This document shows, one piece after another, positions 1 through 13,329 of a stretch of DNA of 64,000 nucleotides. Below the pieces are notes generated by a model. The model was not told the origin of the DNA, did not search any database, and worked only from the letters and a program-made list of their open reading frames with translations. Source of the DNA: Vicugna vicugna (Eukaryota); NCBI GenBank assembly GCA_013265495.1, contig MU058039.1, positions 808,591 through 872,590 on the forward strand, given 5' to 3'. The translations under genes and the position numbers were made by a program. Position 1 is the first letter of the stretch. Each line of letters begins with the position of its first letter.

Positions 1-2492
1 TCTGTGCCAAAGGCAGGGCCTGGCCCATTGTAGGTGTTTGACACATTGTGAGGAGAAGACGAGAGAGGGGCCAGGACAAAGATGGTGTGCACGGAGATCA
101 CAGACCCAGACAAGGCAGACAGAATGCCCTGGACTAGCTCTGCCTCATCCTTTCAGTCTCAACTAAGATGCTGCTGCCTCCAGGAAGTCCTCCCTAACTA
201 GACGGAGTTAGGCACCTCCTCTGGGCCCCCGCAGCCTCCTGGCTTGCATCATCTATCCTGCTCACTCTGCCTTCTGTTTCTCCATCACAGCCCCACTCAG
301 CCTGGGCTGTCACTCTGGGAATGGGTCTGGGTCACTAGGGTGACAGCAGCCCAGGGTTCCTGTCTCACGGAGCACACGCATCTCTTTGCCCGTCTGACTC
401 TCCTGTTCCCCCTAAACCAGAGAGAATCCCATCTTACCTCTGCATGGCCGGGGCCCTCAGGTCTCTCCACCCCTCCACGCCTGCTCAAGAGCCCTTCCCA
501 AGCCACATCGGGGTGAAGAGATGCCGTCGGCTGGGCCTGGGCCTCGCTGATGAAGGGCCCTCCTGCCAAGGAGCCTCTCACAGCAGCGCCTGCTGAGCAC
601 TTGCTCGGCAGTGGCAGCTGCTCCCGCGGCCCCCACCCGCTCAGCGGGGACGCACTAGGAGGCTGGAGAGCATGGAGGTCAAGGGCTTGGCATCCTTCCT
701 GCCTTGTTTTTCTTCCGAGCGCTCATTCACTCGGCAAATGCTTACAAGCACCACACGTCCTGAGAGCTGGGCGGCCCAGGTCCTGAACTCAGTCATAACC
801 ACTCCGTGCCTGTAAAATGTGGGCAAAAATAGCACCTACCTTACTGGGTTCATCCAAGAATCGAACAAGTTAATAGGTGGAAACACTAAGCTCAGTGCTT
901 GACGTGCAGTAAGCCCTGAGGGAACACTGGCTATTTATGCAGTTTTTTGTTAGTACTCCAGTCACCAGGAACAGGCACGTTAATCTGTCATAAGTCAGCT
1001 TTGTGCCTCTGGACTAGAGAGCAGGGTTGAAATAGAATGTCAGCAGGGACCTTCTGGACACCAAAGCCATGTGGGGTCGGGCTTAGAACAGGTCAGCATA
1101 GGACCCTGCATGTCACATCCAAGGGCCACCACGGGTGAGAGCAATGTGGGCAGGACAGCGTCCCACTCTGAGCCTCAGTTGCTGCCCCCCCACCCCATAA
1201 CACGGGGTCATGACAGCATCTCCTTCCTGGCTGACTGGACGTGTGGCCGAGATGTCCCCCGTAGCACCCAGCGTGGTGCCCAGCGAGGGGGTGCAACCAG
1301 GGGACATGGAGCAGCCCGAGTCACCGCCTGACCTCTGTGCTTCCCTGTCACCCTCAGTGAGCTGAGTGAGCTGGCACGGCGGACTCACCCTGTCTGTGCA
1401 GCAGATGCCACTGCCGGCGCCGCTCTCATGTCTGTCACTATCAGCACCTGCGACTTCAGGGGCCTCTTTTCTCTGCCCAGTGTGTCAGACCTGACTCGAC
1501 CAGGTCTCCCCACAGGGACCCTGCCCCATCTCAACACCGTCCTTACATTGAAGACCCATGTTGTGACTTCAGCCTGGCACCCTCCCCTCCCCTCCACTCC
1601 AGACTCACGTGGCCAGTGCCACACCGCTGTCTCCTTGCAGGTGTCTGAGGCATCTCACACTCCACACCTCCAGAAACTACTTTCTGATCCCACCCCCAGT
1701 CTTCCCTACCACCCACCCCATCTCAGTGCCAGCTGCCCGATCATGAAGTCACCCTGGACCCTTCTCTCCGTCTCACACCCATGTCCACTCTCAGGAAATA
1801 CTGTTGACCCCACCTTGCTCTGTCCACCATCATCTCCCTCCTGGACCATCGCAGCAGCCTCCTCACTGCCTGCTCCCCGCTCCCTCCCCTACCCCCCCAC
1901 AGGCTCGTGCCCCACAGGAAGCCAGAGGGACCCTGTGCACACCCGCAACAGGTCACATCCCTCCCTGCTCAGAGCCCTGTGGTGTCTCCATCTCAGTCAG
2001 GGCAGGAGGCAGAGTTCTCATCACAGCCCGCAGAGCCCTGCACAATCCAGCCCTCTCGTTTCTTTGACTGTCTCTCCCACTGCTCTCTGTCTCTCCCTCT
2101 GTCGCAGCCACAAGGGCCTCTTTGGTGTTCTTCAAACCACTTTCCCGCCTCAGGGATTTTCACTGACTGTCTCATCTGCCCAGAATGCTCTTCCCTCAGG
2201 TGCCCTGCTCACTCCCTCCCTTCCTTCAGAGCTTTGTGCAAAAGCCATCTTCTCAGCGAGGCCCCCCAGCATCCTGCAAGGTATACCCACTTCAGTATCC
2301 GGCACCCCAGCCCCTTACCCTGCTGGATGTTTTCCCTGGGCGAGTATCATCTAATAAGTATAATGTATTTATTTAAGTAGAAATGTGTGTATATGTTATA
2401 TAATCGTATTCAGAGTGTGACACAATGTGTTGATTTTTCTGTCTCTCTCACGTTGTCACTCACCGAACTCCCGGCTCTGCTCTTCCCACCAG

Positions 2493-2636
2493 CCACCATC
2501 TCAGCCTCAGAGCTCTCACTGGCCGATGGGCGGGACCGGCCACTGCGACGCCTCGACCCAGGGATGATGCCACTGCCTGACACGGCTGCCGGCCTGGAGT
2601 GGTCCAGCCTGGTGAACGCAGCCAAGGCATACGAAG
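2493..2636 (+). CDS. SIPA1L3: SIPA1L3 internal coding exon (first one inside the window)
   Basis: ccag| ... |gtaggt boundaries, 144 nt. Encodes [47 protein letters not shown], matching the recalled SIPA1L3 C-terminal region. Confidence 0.95.
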
Positions 2637-5151
2637 GTAGGTGCCACCCACTCAACCCCGCCAGATCCCTACCCCCTGCTCTGTTCTGGAAGGATCCACA
2701 GAGGGCCTTGGAGCTTTGAAGGGGAAGCATGCTCCAGTTCCAGAATTAGGGGGAGCAGGGTTCACATCCTGCCCTGTGCCTTGCTCACTGTGCAGTCCTG
2801 GGCCGGTGTCTTCATCTCTCTGGTCCCCCCAATTACTCTGTGACTAGACCCACTGCCTGGGGCCACAGGGAGGAGTCCATGAAATAGCATGTTGCCCAAC
2901 TGAGGGGGTTGCCCAGATTGTGAGAGATAGCTGGCAGTCTTTGCCATTTCCATCCCATGTGACCTTGGACAAGCGGCTTTACCTTTTAAATCTCAGTTTC
3001 CTCACCCGTCAAACCTTGACAGACACGAATATACTCTTCTGGCTCATTTTTCATCTTATAAGCCACAGCTTTACTGTTCCTTCTCCAGAAAGCTCTCCTT
3101 GATATCCCTTAGTCCAGATCAGGCACCTCCTCTGGGTTCCCGTAGCCCTGACCCCTCTACCTGTGCCCTTGCTCTCTGATTATGGTTATGTCTCCCGGCA
3201 GGACCTGGGGCTGTCCCTGTCACCACTGGGTGCCCAGCACAGCTCTGGCACAGAGCAGAATGTATTCACCCAGACCCATACAGTACACATCCTTCTTTCT
3301 TGTTTTCACGTCTGAGCCAGTCCACATCTGGCGAGTGGCCCCAGAGGAAGCGTCCTTCCTCCTTGGCTTCCATTGGTTGCTTCCATCCCATCCTGCAGTG
3401 GCCTCTGGCCACGAGGTGAAGGCTGTCAAGCCTCCGGTAGGGTGAGGGTGTATAGGGTGGGAGGGAGAGCGACAGAGCATACGAGGCCCAGCCTCAGGGC
3501 TACCCCAGCTTCACACTCCAGAGCTGTAGGAGGGGAGGCTGCCAGGCAGTGGTCCTGTGCTACTGAGTCCCGGCAAGCTCCGTGGGGGAGGGGGTTGCCC
3601 AGTGGCACTTCCTGAAGGAGGTGACTCTGTAGCCACGATGACATTACGGAGCATCTGCTCTGAGCCAGCAGGTTGTTGCTTTACAAACATCACCTCTTCT
3701 AATCTCTGGTCTGAGGGAGGTAGTAGGATCCCATTTACAGGTGAGGCAACTGAGGCTCGGCTGCCGCAGAGCCACCTGGCCAGGCTGCATGCCTTTCAGC
3801 GTGTGTAGTTGGTCATGTGTATGTCAGTGAAACCACAATAAGCTGTTTTTAAAAAGTAAAGGAGAGGAGTGATCAGGGGAATAAAAAAAGCCGAGAGCAC
3901 AGGAGAGGGAACTGGGGTCTGCCGAAAGTTGTTGAACCTGGTGATGGGTTCGCGAGGACCCATGGTGCTCTTTTCTCTGTTTGGGGGCCTGTTTGAAACA
4001 GTTTTGATTAAAGTATTTTCAAAGAGAATAAACACTAAATCCAAGATGGAAAATAACAGCTACAAAGGATGTTATTCAGAGAACTGGGGAAATTTCGAGG
4101 TGAGCATCTATTAGGCAGTAATACCGTATAGATGTTAAATTTCCTGAGTACGAGGTTGTGTCACGATACTATAGGAACGCGCCTTTACTTTGTGGAGGTT
4201 CGTAGTGAAGTACGCAGAGGTGAACCAGGATGCCGGCCATTTCCTCTGCAGTGGCCGGGGAGTCGGACAGGCGCCCACGCACATGATGGGGGAGGGAAAG
4301 TGTGGCAAGACGTTAACAGTGGGTGGGTCTCTGGGCGGGCGTTGAGCTTTCACCATGCTCTTCATCCAGTACAGAGATAGAGAGTCGAGTGGGAGCCTGC
4401 CTTTGCCAGGTGGTCGGGTCCTCTCCCTACAGGGGCCACACGCAGCCCCTCCTCCTGGCTGTTCACACCCCGCATGTTCCATTGTTTGGGGGTCCTAGGG
4501 CTCAAGGCTCCAGCTGCTTTGGGGGCACAACAGGCTCTCCCCACTTCTTGCCCTTTCAGAAAGATCCCCTCACAGCCCCATTTGAAAGTGTAGGCACTTG
4601 GCCCCTCCCGCGGAGCCAGTCACGTGTCTGGAGAGGGGCCCCGGAAGCCCCCCCCCCCAGATTTCTTTTCTCTCTTAAGGATACATGATATTCTCTGTTT
4701 CACTTTTCTTTTTGCTCTTGAAATTTCACAGACATTCTCAGAGCTAGAGTGTGATGAACCCCCACGTCCCCATCACCCGGCGTCAGCCCCATCCACTTCT
4801 GGCCATCTTTCCCATACCATTTATTTATGGACGAAACCGGGTCATTTCTGCCCAGTTCGGGTGGTTGCATCCCCACGCTGCATTTAAGTTCTTTCTCTCT
4901 CTCTTGTATTTTGTGTAAACTGGTCGTTGGGTCTGGAGGCTTGCTTGGAATCAGGACTGGTTATTGTTATTTGTGTCCTGAATTGGCTTGGTTTTCTGGC
5001 AAGAATCCATCCTAAATGCCTGTGTGATCTCACCCAAGTGTGGTTGGGAATGTCCTGGAGGTTTGCGGGGCGGGGTTAGTCATTTGGGGAGAGGGGGTGG
5101 CGTGAGGAGGAGCCAGGAGCCCTGCTGACCCCCTTCCTCTTTCTCCCGCAG

Positions 5152-5287
5152 TGCAAAGAGCAGTCTCGCTCTTCTCTCTGAATGACCCAGCTCTGAGCCC
5201 AGACATCCCGCCTGCACACAGCCCTGTGCACAGCCACCTGAGCCTGGAGAGGGGGCCCCCGACCCCCAGGACCACCCCTACCATGAG
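5152..5287 (+). CDS. SIPA1L3: SIPA1L3 coding exon
   Basis: cgcag| ... |gtgagg, 136 nt, phase-compatible with neighbours. Encodes (V)QRAVSLFSLNDPALSPDIPPAHSPVHSHLSLERGPPTPRTTPTM. Confidence 0.95.
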
Positions 5288-7112
5288 GTGAGGCTTCCCC
5301 GGGAGCACCCAGGGGCCTGGCAACCCAAGTCCCTGCAGGCAGTTAAAGAGGGTCACCAGGCGAGAGGCCACTGTGCAGGGCACCCCCACTGCCCCCGCAG
5401 TGGTAGCTGAAGGAGTGACCACCCCTCTCACCTAACAGACTTTGGACCAATCCACGTGCTGGGGCCCACCAGGGACCAAGTCAGGGTTGGCACCATCCTC
5501 CTGGACACTGTGATCAGTACTTCCACAGTCGCTTCACTGTCAACTGTGGAAAACACTAACTACTGCCCCCACCAGTCCCCCGCATTCCCTGCTCTCTGCC
5601 TCACGTCTGTCCCCTCTGAGTCCCTGCTCCCAGCCTTCAGCCTCCCTGCTGTCTGCTCCTGGGTCTCCTCCCCTGCAGATTCCTCAATTATGCACATGTT
5701 CCCCTGACAGCTGCCTCTCACCTCTTCCCTGGCAGGCCCCGCGCTGGGCTGTCTGGGGACCCAGAGGTGACAGAGGCCCTGCCCTCACAAGGCTTCTGGG
5801 GCGGAGGCAGACAGGGAGGCAGACACTTCCCATTTGTCATCTCACATTTAGTGCCACATGTTTGACTGAGCTAGCTTGGCAGAAAGCAGAATGACTGAGA
5901 GGGAGAGAGGATGGAAATGGCATGCTTGCATGTCTGTGGATTTAAATAGTGCATTTCACACTCATCTGCACACTTCACCATGTAGGGGTGTACATACAAC
6001 AGTCGTGCAGTGTACTTTGTGGGCAGTTCAGGTGATTTCCAATGGTGATTTTGACTCTTCTTGTTTTTTGCTTCACACACTGGCTTTAGAGCTCAACCTC
6101 CACCAAAGGTGTGGTCCCGTTTACTTAGCAGAACAAGGCAGTTACTGATGGGGTGCCACAGCAAGGGCAGGGACAGGGTGGGTGTGGAAATGGCAGGGCC
6201 CGTTACCTCCAGGGACACTCCTGGATTCCTTTCACCCCTGAACTGGTGACCCCCTCCTACCTCACCCTGAAGCTGCAGCTGCAGCTCCCCAAGATGCAGG
6301 ACCAGGCAGGGAGGAAAGTGATGGGAAAGGCAGGAGGGCCCAGTCCTCTCTCCTCCATGGGCTGAGACCCCCCACCTCCCTCCCCAGCACCCCCACCGGA
6401 TGTATGTGTCCCACAGCACCCAGTGGAGCCTTCCGCTGGAAGGTGCTGCCCGCTCTTCTCAGCAGGGGCCAGACGGGCCCCAGGCTGGGAAATCTGCACA
6501 GAGCAGGAGCCACAGGCTGGGGGCCTGGGTGCAGCGTCTCTGCCTTAGCCTGGGTTTTGCCTCTGTCCAGCGGGTAACAGGCCACTGCGAGCCGCAAGTT
6601 CCGTCAAGCTGAGACCTCACACGGTACAGGGTGGGTAACAGACAGGCTATTATCACAGTCAGTGTCATCATTATTCCTGTCCACAAGTCAGGCCATGTTC
6701 ATCTGCACACTTAGGTGCCCCAAGAGCTAGAATAGCAGCTGGGTCTGCCGGTACTCAGTGTGGGCTCACACGCGATAGGGGTTTCTCCTTCAGGCACACA
6801 TGTGGTCCATCCTTGGGAGGAATGCACACTTTAGGGCAGGTACACACACAGCTTTCAATGGGCCTGGTGCTCCCACAACCCCCATCCAGATCCACAGGTG
6901 TGCCCTCACCAGGTAGAGCATGGCCAGCAAGAGGGCTGGCTTCCCTCAGAGCTTCCCCTCCAAGCCTCCCCCAGGACTCCAACAAGGAGAGGACTTCCCA
7001 GACCCTCAGGGACAAGAGGGGCCTGTACCCCAAGTTCCTCCCAGCTGTGGGCCAAGAGCCCTCCCTGGAGTCTGGTGGGCCTCTGATCTAACCCTGTCTC
7101 CTGTCTCCCCAG

Positions 7113-7194
7113 CGAGGAGCCGCCCCTGGATCTGACCGGCAAAGTGTACCAGCTGGAAGTGATGCTGAAACAGCTGCACACGGACCTGCAGAAG
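7113..7194 (+). CDS. SIPA1L3: SIPA1L3 penultimate coding exon
   Basis: cccag| ... |gtaggg, 82 nt. Encodes (S)EEPPLDLTGKVYQLEVMLKQLHTDLQK, the start of the coiled coil. Confidence 0.95.
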
Positions 7195-7360
7195 GTAGGG
7201 CTGCCGGGCCGCTGCCTCAGGGCACTTGCCTCCCTGTTTCACTTCCTGGCCTCTCGGGCCAGGGAAACTGCGGTACCTGCCCCCGCCCCACCTCGTGTGG
7301 TCTCGGGGAGGCCACCCAGCTTTGAATGTAGTCATGAGTGAAAAGTAAAAGGTGATAGTA

Positions 7361-7509
7361 GAGGGGAGGGTAGAGCTCAGTGGCAGAGTGCATGCTTAGC
7401 ATATACAAGGTCCTAGGTTCAATCCCCAGTACCTCCAGTAAAATAAATAAAAAATACATACGTAAATACATAAACACAAATAAATAAATGCTAAATATAT
7501 TAATTAATT
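7361..7509 (+). mobile_element. tRNA-derived SINE (camelid Vic-1-like)
   Basis: A box agctcagtgg, B box ggttcaatcc, A-rich tail. TSD AAAAGGTGAYAGYA at 7347-7360 and 7510-7523. Confidence 0.85.
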
Positions 7510-8706
7510 AAAAGGTGACAGCAGCAAAGGCTGGTAAGCACACAGAGAACCTCTCTTACATTCTTGGAGGGAGAATAAATTGGCCCAACCTTTTTGGAAA
7601 ACAATCAGACACTATTTATCAAAACTATACGACCCAGCAGTTGCACCGTGGGAACTCGTCCAGCAGAATTTCAAGCACAGATACTGAGAGGTCTGTGGGC
7701 AAGGATGTCTACTGCTGGCGATAAAAAACTGGAGCCAGTGCAGCTGTCCGTCTGCAAGAGAAGGGTTATGTACATGACAGGGCACCCATGCAGCAGAATA
7801 TTCTGCTGCTGGTTAAAGTCAGAGCAGAAATCTGTGTATTTACAACATACAAAAGAAGTCTGATAACTCCAGTGAAGAACTAAGCAAGCTCAATAAAAAA
7901 TAAATAAATAAAGGCTAACTCCCACTGAAGAAAAACTAAGAACTGCAGGACTGTTTGCTGGAGCATCGTCATGCTTCAGAAATGTTTAACATCCACGGGT
8001 CAGAGGGATATCTAGACGGCGACATTCCACATCGTCCCTTGTACTTACCTCCAGGGTGTGGAAGAGTGAGGAAAAGTCAGACTGGAAGAGAGTTGCACTT
8101 GTTATTTTATATACTTTCGGGCAAAGGCCAAAAGGTGGCAGAGTGTAACGTGGGAGTCTCAAGCCCAGGACTCACAGGGGCCCAGGTTCAAATCCCACCC
8201 CCAACTTAGTGCCATGTGGCCTTGCACAGATCACTGCCTTGGCGTGTTGCGTTCTCCTGGGAGGGCGTCTCGGAGGAGGCAGTGGTGCCTGGACAGGCAG
8301 CCCTGTGTCCACATCCCAGCCCCCAACTTGCTGTGGGAGGCTTGGCCTCCTCTTCTGGGAAAGCGGGTGTAACAGCAGCCCCCAGGGCCCTGGGTGGCTG
8401 TGAGGGAGCAGTGAGGTGATCCCAGTTATACGGTGATGTTGGTCACACGGTTACTCTGCGTCAGGCTGTGTTCTAAGAGCTCAACCTGTGTGACCTCAGG
8501 GAAACCTCTCAACCACCCCCCTTAGAGCGGAGGAAACTGGGGCCCCAGAGAAGAAGTGGCTTGCCTGAGGTTACCCAGCTGTTGAGAAGCAGAGCTGGGA
8601 TTTGATCGCTGGCAGCCTGGCTCTGGACCACGGCCCAGCCAGGGCGCACAGGCCCCGGGGAGCCATTCGCAGGGCACCCCGCTGACGCCCAGCCCCTGCC
8701 CCGCAG

Positions 8707-8850
8707 GAGAAGCAGGACAAGGCGGTGCTGCAGTCGGAGGTGGCCAGCCTGAGGCAGAACAACCAGCGGCTGCAGGAGGAGTCACAGGCTGCCAGCGAGC
8801 AGCTGCGCAAGTTCGCCGAGATCTTCTGCAGGGAGAAGAAGGAGCTCTGA
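8707..8850 (+). CDS. SIPA1L3: SIPA1L3 last coding exon, to the stop codon
   Basis: cgcag| acceptor. Encodes [47 protein letters not shown], then TGA at 8848-8850. Confidence 0.96.
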   Translation, partial: EKQDKAVLQSEVASLRQNNQRLQEESQAASEQLRKFAEIFCREKKEL

Positions 8851-10912
8851 CGGGAGAGGCTGCTGCCCCACCCCTCCGCCCAGGCGGGCCGTGGGCTCCT
8901 GCTCTCCTGTCCCTCAGCCCAGCCTCTGGTTGCAGGCGTGACTGAGATCATCCAGCCAGGGCCCCACCGCCCTCCCAAGGACACGGAAACCAGGGTGGCA
9001 GTGGGACCTGAGGGAGCCTCCCTGGGGCTGTGAGCTGGGGTCTGCTCGTGGTCCTTGAACCCCAGGAGGCGACACAGTCTCTCAGGCCTCCCTCTGAGCT
9101 GCCTACCTGTGGTCCCTGGAGGCTGGGCCGTGCCCACACCGCCCCCCCAGGGGGGGCCACCCTGCCATCCCGTCTAGCCTCTTCCTAGGACCAAGCCATC
9201 CTACAGGTAACTGTAGGAAGGGGATGGAGGGCAGGAGTGAGTCTCCAGACCTCATGGCTCCAGGAGTTCACAAACCAGGTTTCTTCACCACGTACAACAG
9301 CATCTGGGCTTGTGGGGCCAAGACCCCTGCATGAAAAATCACAGTGGGAGACGGCCCATTATTGCCTCGCACCCCGGAGAGCTGAGGGCCGGTGTGGATG
9401 CGGGCCAGGGCTCTCGGTCCCTGGTGCACTGGCTCCAAAAAGCATGGACGTTGTCCCCTCCCAACCCTATCCTCCAAAAAGCAACCAGGAGCACTTTCTT
9501 AGCCTTTCAGTTATTTTCTTGGGGGGGGGGGGTCCCCAGTCTGGAGAGAGGAAACCCCAGCATCCAGAGTCAAATTCTTTGAGGGGAAGCTATTTGCACA
9601 CTTGGGACCATTTCTACGCCTATTCTATCAGTTCCTTGGCTGCCAGAGGCCTCAGGGCCTGGGCCCCTCCACCTTCGAGCTACTGACCCGGCCAGGCCGT
9701 CCCCTCCTCCCCGGCTCCGCCAGCCCTGACCACGACCACACAGCCCCGGCCTCTTCCAGGCACCAGGAGGGGCTCCACGGAGCCCTCAGGCCGGGGCTGG
9801 AGAGAAACAGCCTTCATCTCTTCTCTGCTTTTTTCCCTTTGCAAGAGCCTCTCGGCCCATCCCGCAGGCCCCACCGCAGCGGCGACATCGGACACCCTCA
9901 CCGTGCTCCCCGGGGAGCACTTGGCTGTGCAAACCCCCACAAGACGCTGGTTCTCTAAAGGCAATAAGGGGGCGGCTCTCCAGGCAGCCAAGCCGGTGTG
10001 GTACTATGCTGTTCACCCAGGAAATAGTTTCTTTTTTTCCTTTAAAAACAAACAAAAGTATATATATATATATATTTATTTTTTCATGTAGAGTTGCGCC
10101 AGAATAAGCCTGTGTGGCCACAATCTGTGGATTCCCCCGACCTCAAGCTGAGGACCGAGGCGCGTCCCCCTGTGGGCCGGAGCTTAGTGGGTGGACTTGG
10201 AGGGACAAAGGTGGCTGGGGGAGGGAGGGCCTCAGAGCAGCACACTCGGCTGGGGCCAGCTCTATCCAGAGACCCTGCCACCTTCTCCGCCTTCTCTCTG
10301 CGGCCAGAAACCAAAGGGAGGGAGACTCTGGGGACCTCACAGAACCCAGGCATTTGGGGAGCAAAAGAAAAGGACCTTCATCGCGCCTCCCTGCATCAGC
10401 CTCTGGCCCCTCTCCCCACTGCCGTCTCCTCTTCCTCACTGTGGTGTGAGGCGGTGGCTGTGAGGGGGGCCTGCCGTGTCCTCAGCCCTGGCCAACTACT
10501 GTGATGTCTCTGCCCCTCTTCCCGGATCCCTTTTTGGAAGGTTCTCCAGGACCACCCACCTGCCCCCTTCCCTCAGACCCTAACCTGGAGCCCACCCTCC
10601 CCCACCCTTTTTTTTTAAGTTGTCTCCTCATCTCTTCAGATCATTCGAATCATTTTGGGGACCTAATCATGTACATGGACCAGTGTAAATTATGATTTTT
10701 GGTTTTGTTTTCTGTTATTTTTTTAAGGACCTCAGCGAAGCAAATCTATTTAATTTGAGTTTGGTGTTCTATCTGATGGCTGAAGATAGCAGGGTTTTTT
10801 TTTTCTTCATATGTTGATTTGTTTCATTTGGATTTTTTTATTCTTTATTGTCTCCCCCGCCCCTCATCCCTGTCTTGAGATTGTCTGGCATGTTTCTGGA
10901 GGTTTCAAAGGA

Positions 10913-10918
10913 AATAAA
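10913..10918 (+). terminator. SIPA1L3: Probable SIPA1L3 polyadenylation signal AATAAA
   Basis: AATAAA after a U-rich 3'UTR segment and followed by a GU-rich element (gtggcttgtgtgtt), about 2.1 kb after the stop. Confidence 0.7.
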
Positions 10919-11041
10919 TGTTTCATAGAAGTGGCTTGTGTGTTCACTAGCTGAGCAGCTGCCTGGAGTCCCTGACGAGAGGGTGTGGTCCAGCGTTAGC
11001 CCCTCCTCCTGTCCCCCTGGTCCCAGACACTGTCGTGGCCA

Positions 11042-11062
11042 ACACACACACACACACACACA
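11042..11062. repeat. (AC)n microsatellite
   Basis: Direct reading of an acacac tract. Confidence 0.9.
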
Positions 11063-13058
11063 GACATTTCCCTAAGAACCAGGGAACATCAGCCTCACAA
11101 ACTTCTTTTTCTCGAAACCCAAATGACAGAAATCCAGCACTCTGTAAGAATTTGTTAAGTTGGAAAGAGAAAGCTGTACCTCAGAAGTCATACATTGGAG
11201 GACTGAAAGCCGGCCCCGGCCCACAGAGTTGTGTTAGTTTTAGAATTAATGGTCAACTTTTTAAAATCTGGAGATGGTACAGAAAGAAATCTGGATTAGG
11301 AGCTTGGTGACTCTGTCCTCTGCAGCAAGACTCAGAACTGAGGGCCCCTGCCTCCTCCAGTGGGCCGTGCCCCAGGCCACGCCCTCCCCAGCGCTGGCGC
11401 ATTGACACCCCCGTCCTCGATGGGAGTAGGCCTCCCTCTGCCAGTCATCTAAATGGTGGTTTGGGGTGGAGAGCAGCCCCTGCTTCCAGACCAGGGCTGG
11501 GGAGGTGGAGGTGTCTCAGAAAGATACTGACACATCCGGACCTCAGCCCTGGGCCAGGCCTTCCTCTTGGGGCTCTCCTCGCTGGGGAAGGGTCTTAAGA
11601 CTCCTGGCCCCAGGTCTGCGGCTGCCCTGGTGAACACTTGCCATTTGACCTGAGGATCAGGGTCAAACTTACTTTCCAAATCTCAAAATTCCACGTGGAA
11701 CTCCATGTGAAAATCCCAAAGTCTGGCCTCTTGTGGGAAGTCTAGGTCCAGCTCCGCCTGGATCTGAGAAGCAGGACCCCGTGGCTGGGCCTTTCAAACC
11801 CACCAACTCATTTTACCTGTGACTGAGTTTACTGTTTATGAGCTCAAACCTCATGCTTCTCTGACCCAGACCCTCCCCTCCTGTCAAAAAAAAAAAAGCT
11901 TTTTCCAAAAGGGGTATATATCCTTTTTCCAGAGGAGGTGGACCAGCTATTTCCACATCTCCTAAAAATTCTAGAGTGTTCCAGACATTCTCCCTGTCTC
12001 CACCCTCCTCGAGGCCCCATCTTCAACCCTTGCTGCCCTCCCCCCACCAGCACAGAAACGGCAGAACAAGCTGTTCTCACATCCTCTCCTGGCGCCTGTG
12101 ACACACACCGACTTCCAACACCCTACAGCCCGCGCACGCCAGCCTGTGCTCTCGCCCGAACTGTGCCCTGCTCATCCCTTCCCCATCTTGCCCCAGTTTT
12201 CCACGTCCTCTGCCTTGTCCCCTTCCTCCCCCGTGTCTCTTTCTGCCCCCCCACCCCAACACTGGCTCTCTCCTCACCCAGGCTCTGAATCCCTTCATAC
12301 CTTTGGCTCTCTCCAGATTTTTCTATTGTCTCCCTAAATTCTTTGTGTCCTCTCCCCTGAAGTCTCAGCTCTGTGTCATTATCCTGGGACTTTGCCTGTC
12401 CTGGATCCTAACTAAATCCCTCTCCCCAAATGTGCCCCCCTCTAATTCTCTCTTCCTCTCTCCTATGTTGTTTGCCCTGGTTCTCTGCCTCCCCTCATGG
12501 AATCTCTTCTGCTTCTATCTCCAAATCACTGTCAGTTTCTTCCTTTTCCGTCTCCCCCTATGTGTCTGCTATTTTTTCTTACTATGATTTCCTCTCCCAC
12601 TAAATCTCCATCTCTTCTGCCCTCTTCCCCCATAATTCCTGACTCTCTTCATCTACATCTCTCTCCAGATCTATTTCTTTTCCCTCTTCTGCTTGCTTCT
12701 CTTTTTCTGATTCTCTGTAAATGTGGGACTCTCATATCTGCCTCTCTCCTGACTGCTCCTGTGTCCTGTTTCTCACTCCTCACCCCACTTCACCCCTATC
12801 TGGCTTTCTCCTAACGCCCTGGACCCATCTCTTTCTCTCCTTTTTACCTTCCCCTCTGCCCTTGGCCCCACATCCTGTATAGGGAGCTCCAGGAGATGTC
12901 TGGGCCGAGGATGAAGCTCCTGGCACCCCTGCTCCCTACCGTAGCCCCAGGAGGGGAGGGGCCAGCTCACAGTCTTCATCTTTCCATCCCCTCCCTTCCC
13001 CCAGTCCCCAGCTTCCCGCCTCCCTTCTCACTGCTTCCCGCTGCAGCTGCAGCAGTCC

Positions 13059-13072
13059 GTTGCCAGGGCAAC
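13059..13072. promoter_or_regulatory. RFX X-box-like site GTTGCCAGGGCAAC flanked by two CAGCTG E-boxes
   Basis: One mismatch from the palindromic X-box GTTGCCATGGCAAC. CAGCTG lies at 13044-13049 and 13075-13080. Confidence 0.55.
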
Positions 13073-13323
13073 CACAGCTGGCTGGGTGGGAGCCCCCTCC
13101 ACCCCATCCCCCCCTTCTCCTTTCCAGCGAGGCAGGGAGGAGCTGGGACAAAGCCAGAGAAAGGCGGGGTGCAGGGGGAGCTGGAGGGAGATGGAGGTAG
13201 GGGACAGCTCCAGCTGTTAACCTCAGTTGCTTTTCCCCCAGTGAGGCCCTGTCTCTCCTTCTTGGTGACACCCTAAACCAGCCTAGAGAATGAGGCAGAC
13301 GTGGGCAGAGGGGTCAGGCCCAG

Positions 13324-13329
13324 TTTAAT
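13324..13329 (-). terminator. DPF1: Candidate DPF1 polyadenylation signal ATTAAA
   Basis: tttaat on + reads ATTAAA on -, about 1 kb past the DPF1 stop, at the end of UTR-like sequence. Confidence 0.55.

Noticed and set aside
1428..2354. 308-aa ORF, the longest in the track
   Set aside because: Pro/Ser/Leu-rich with no recognisable domain. It lies in a SIPA1L3 intron over L2-like decayed sequence.
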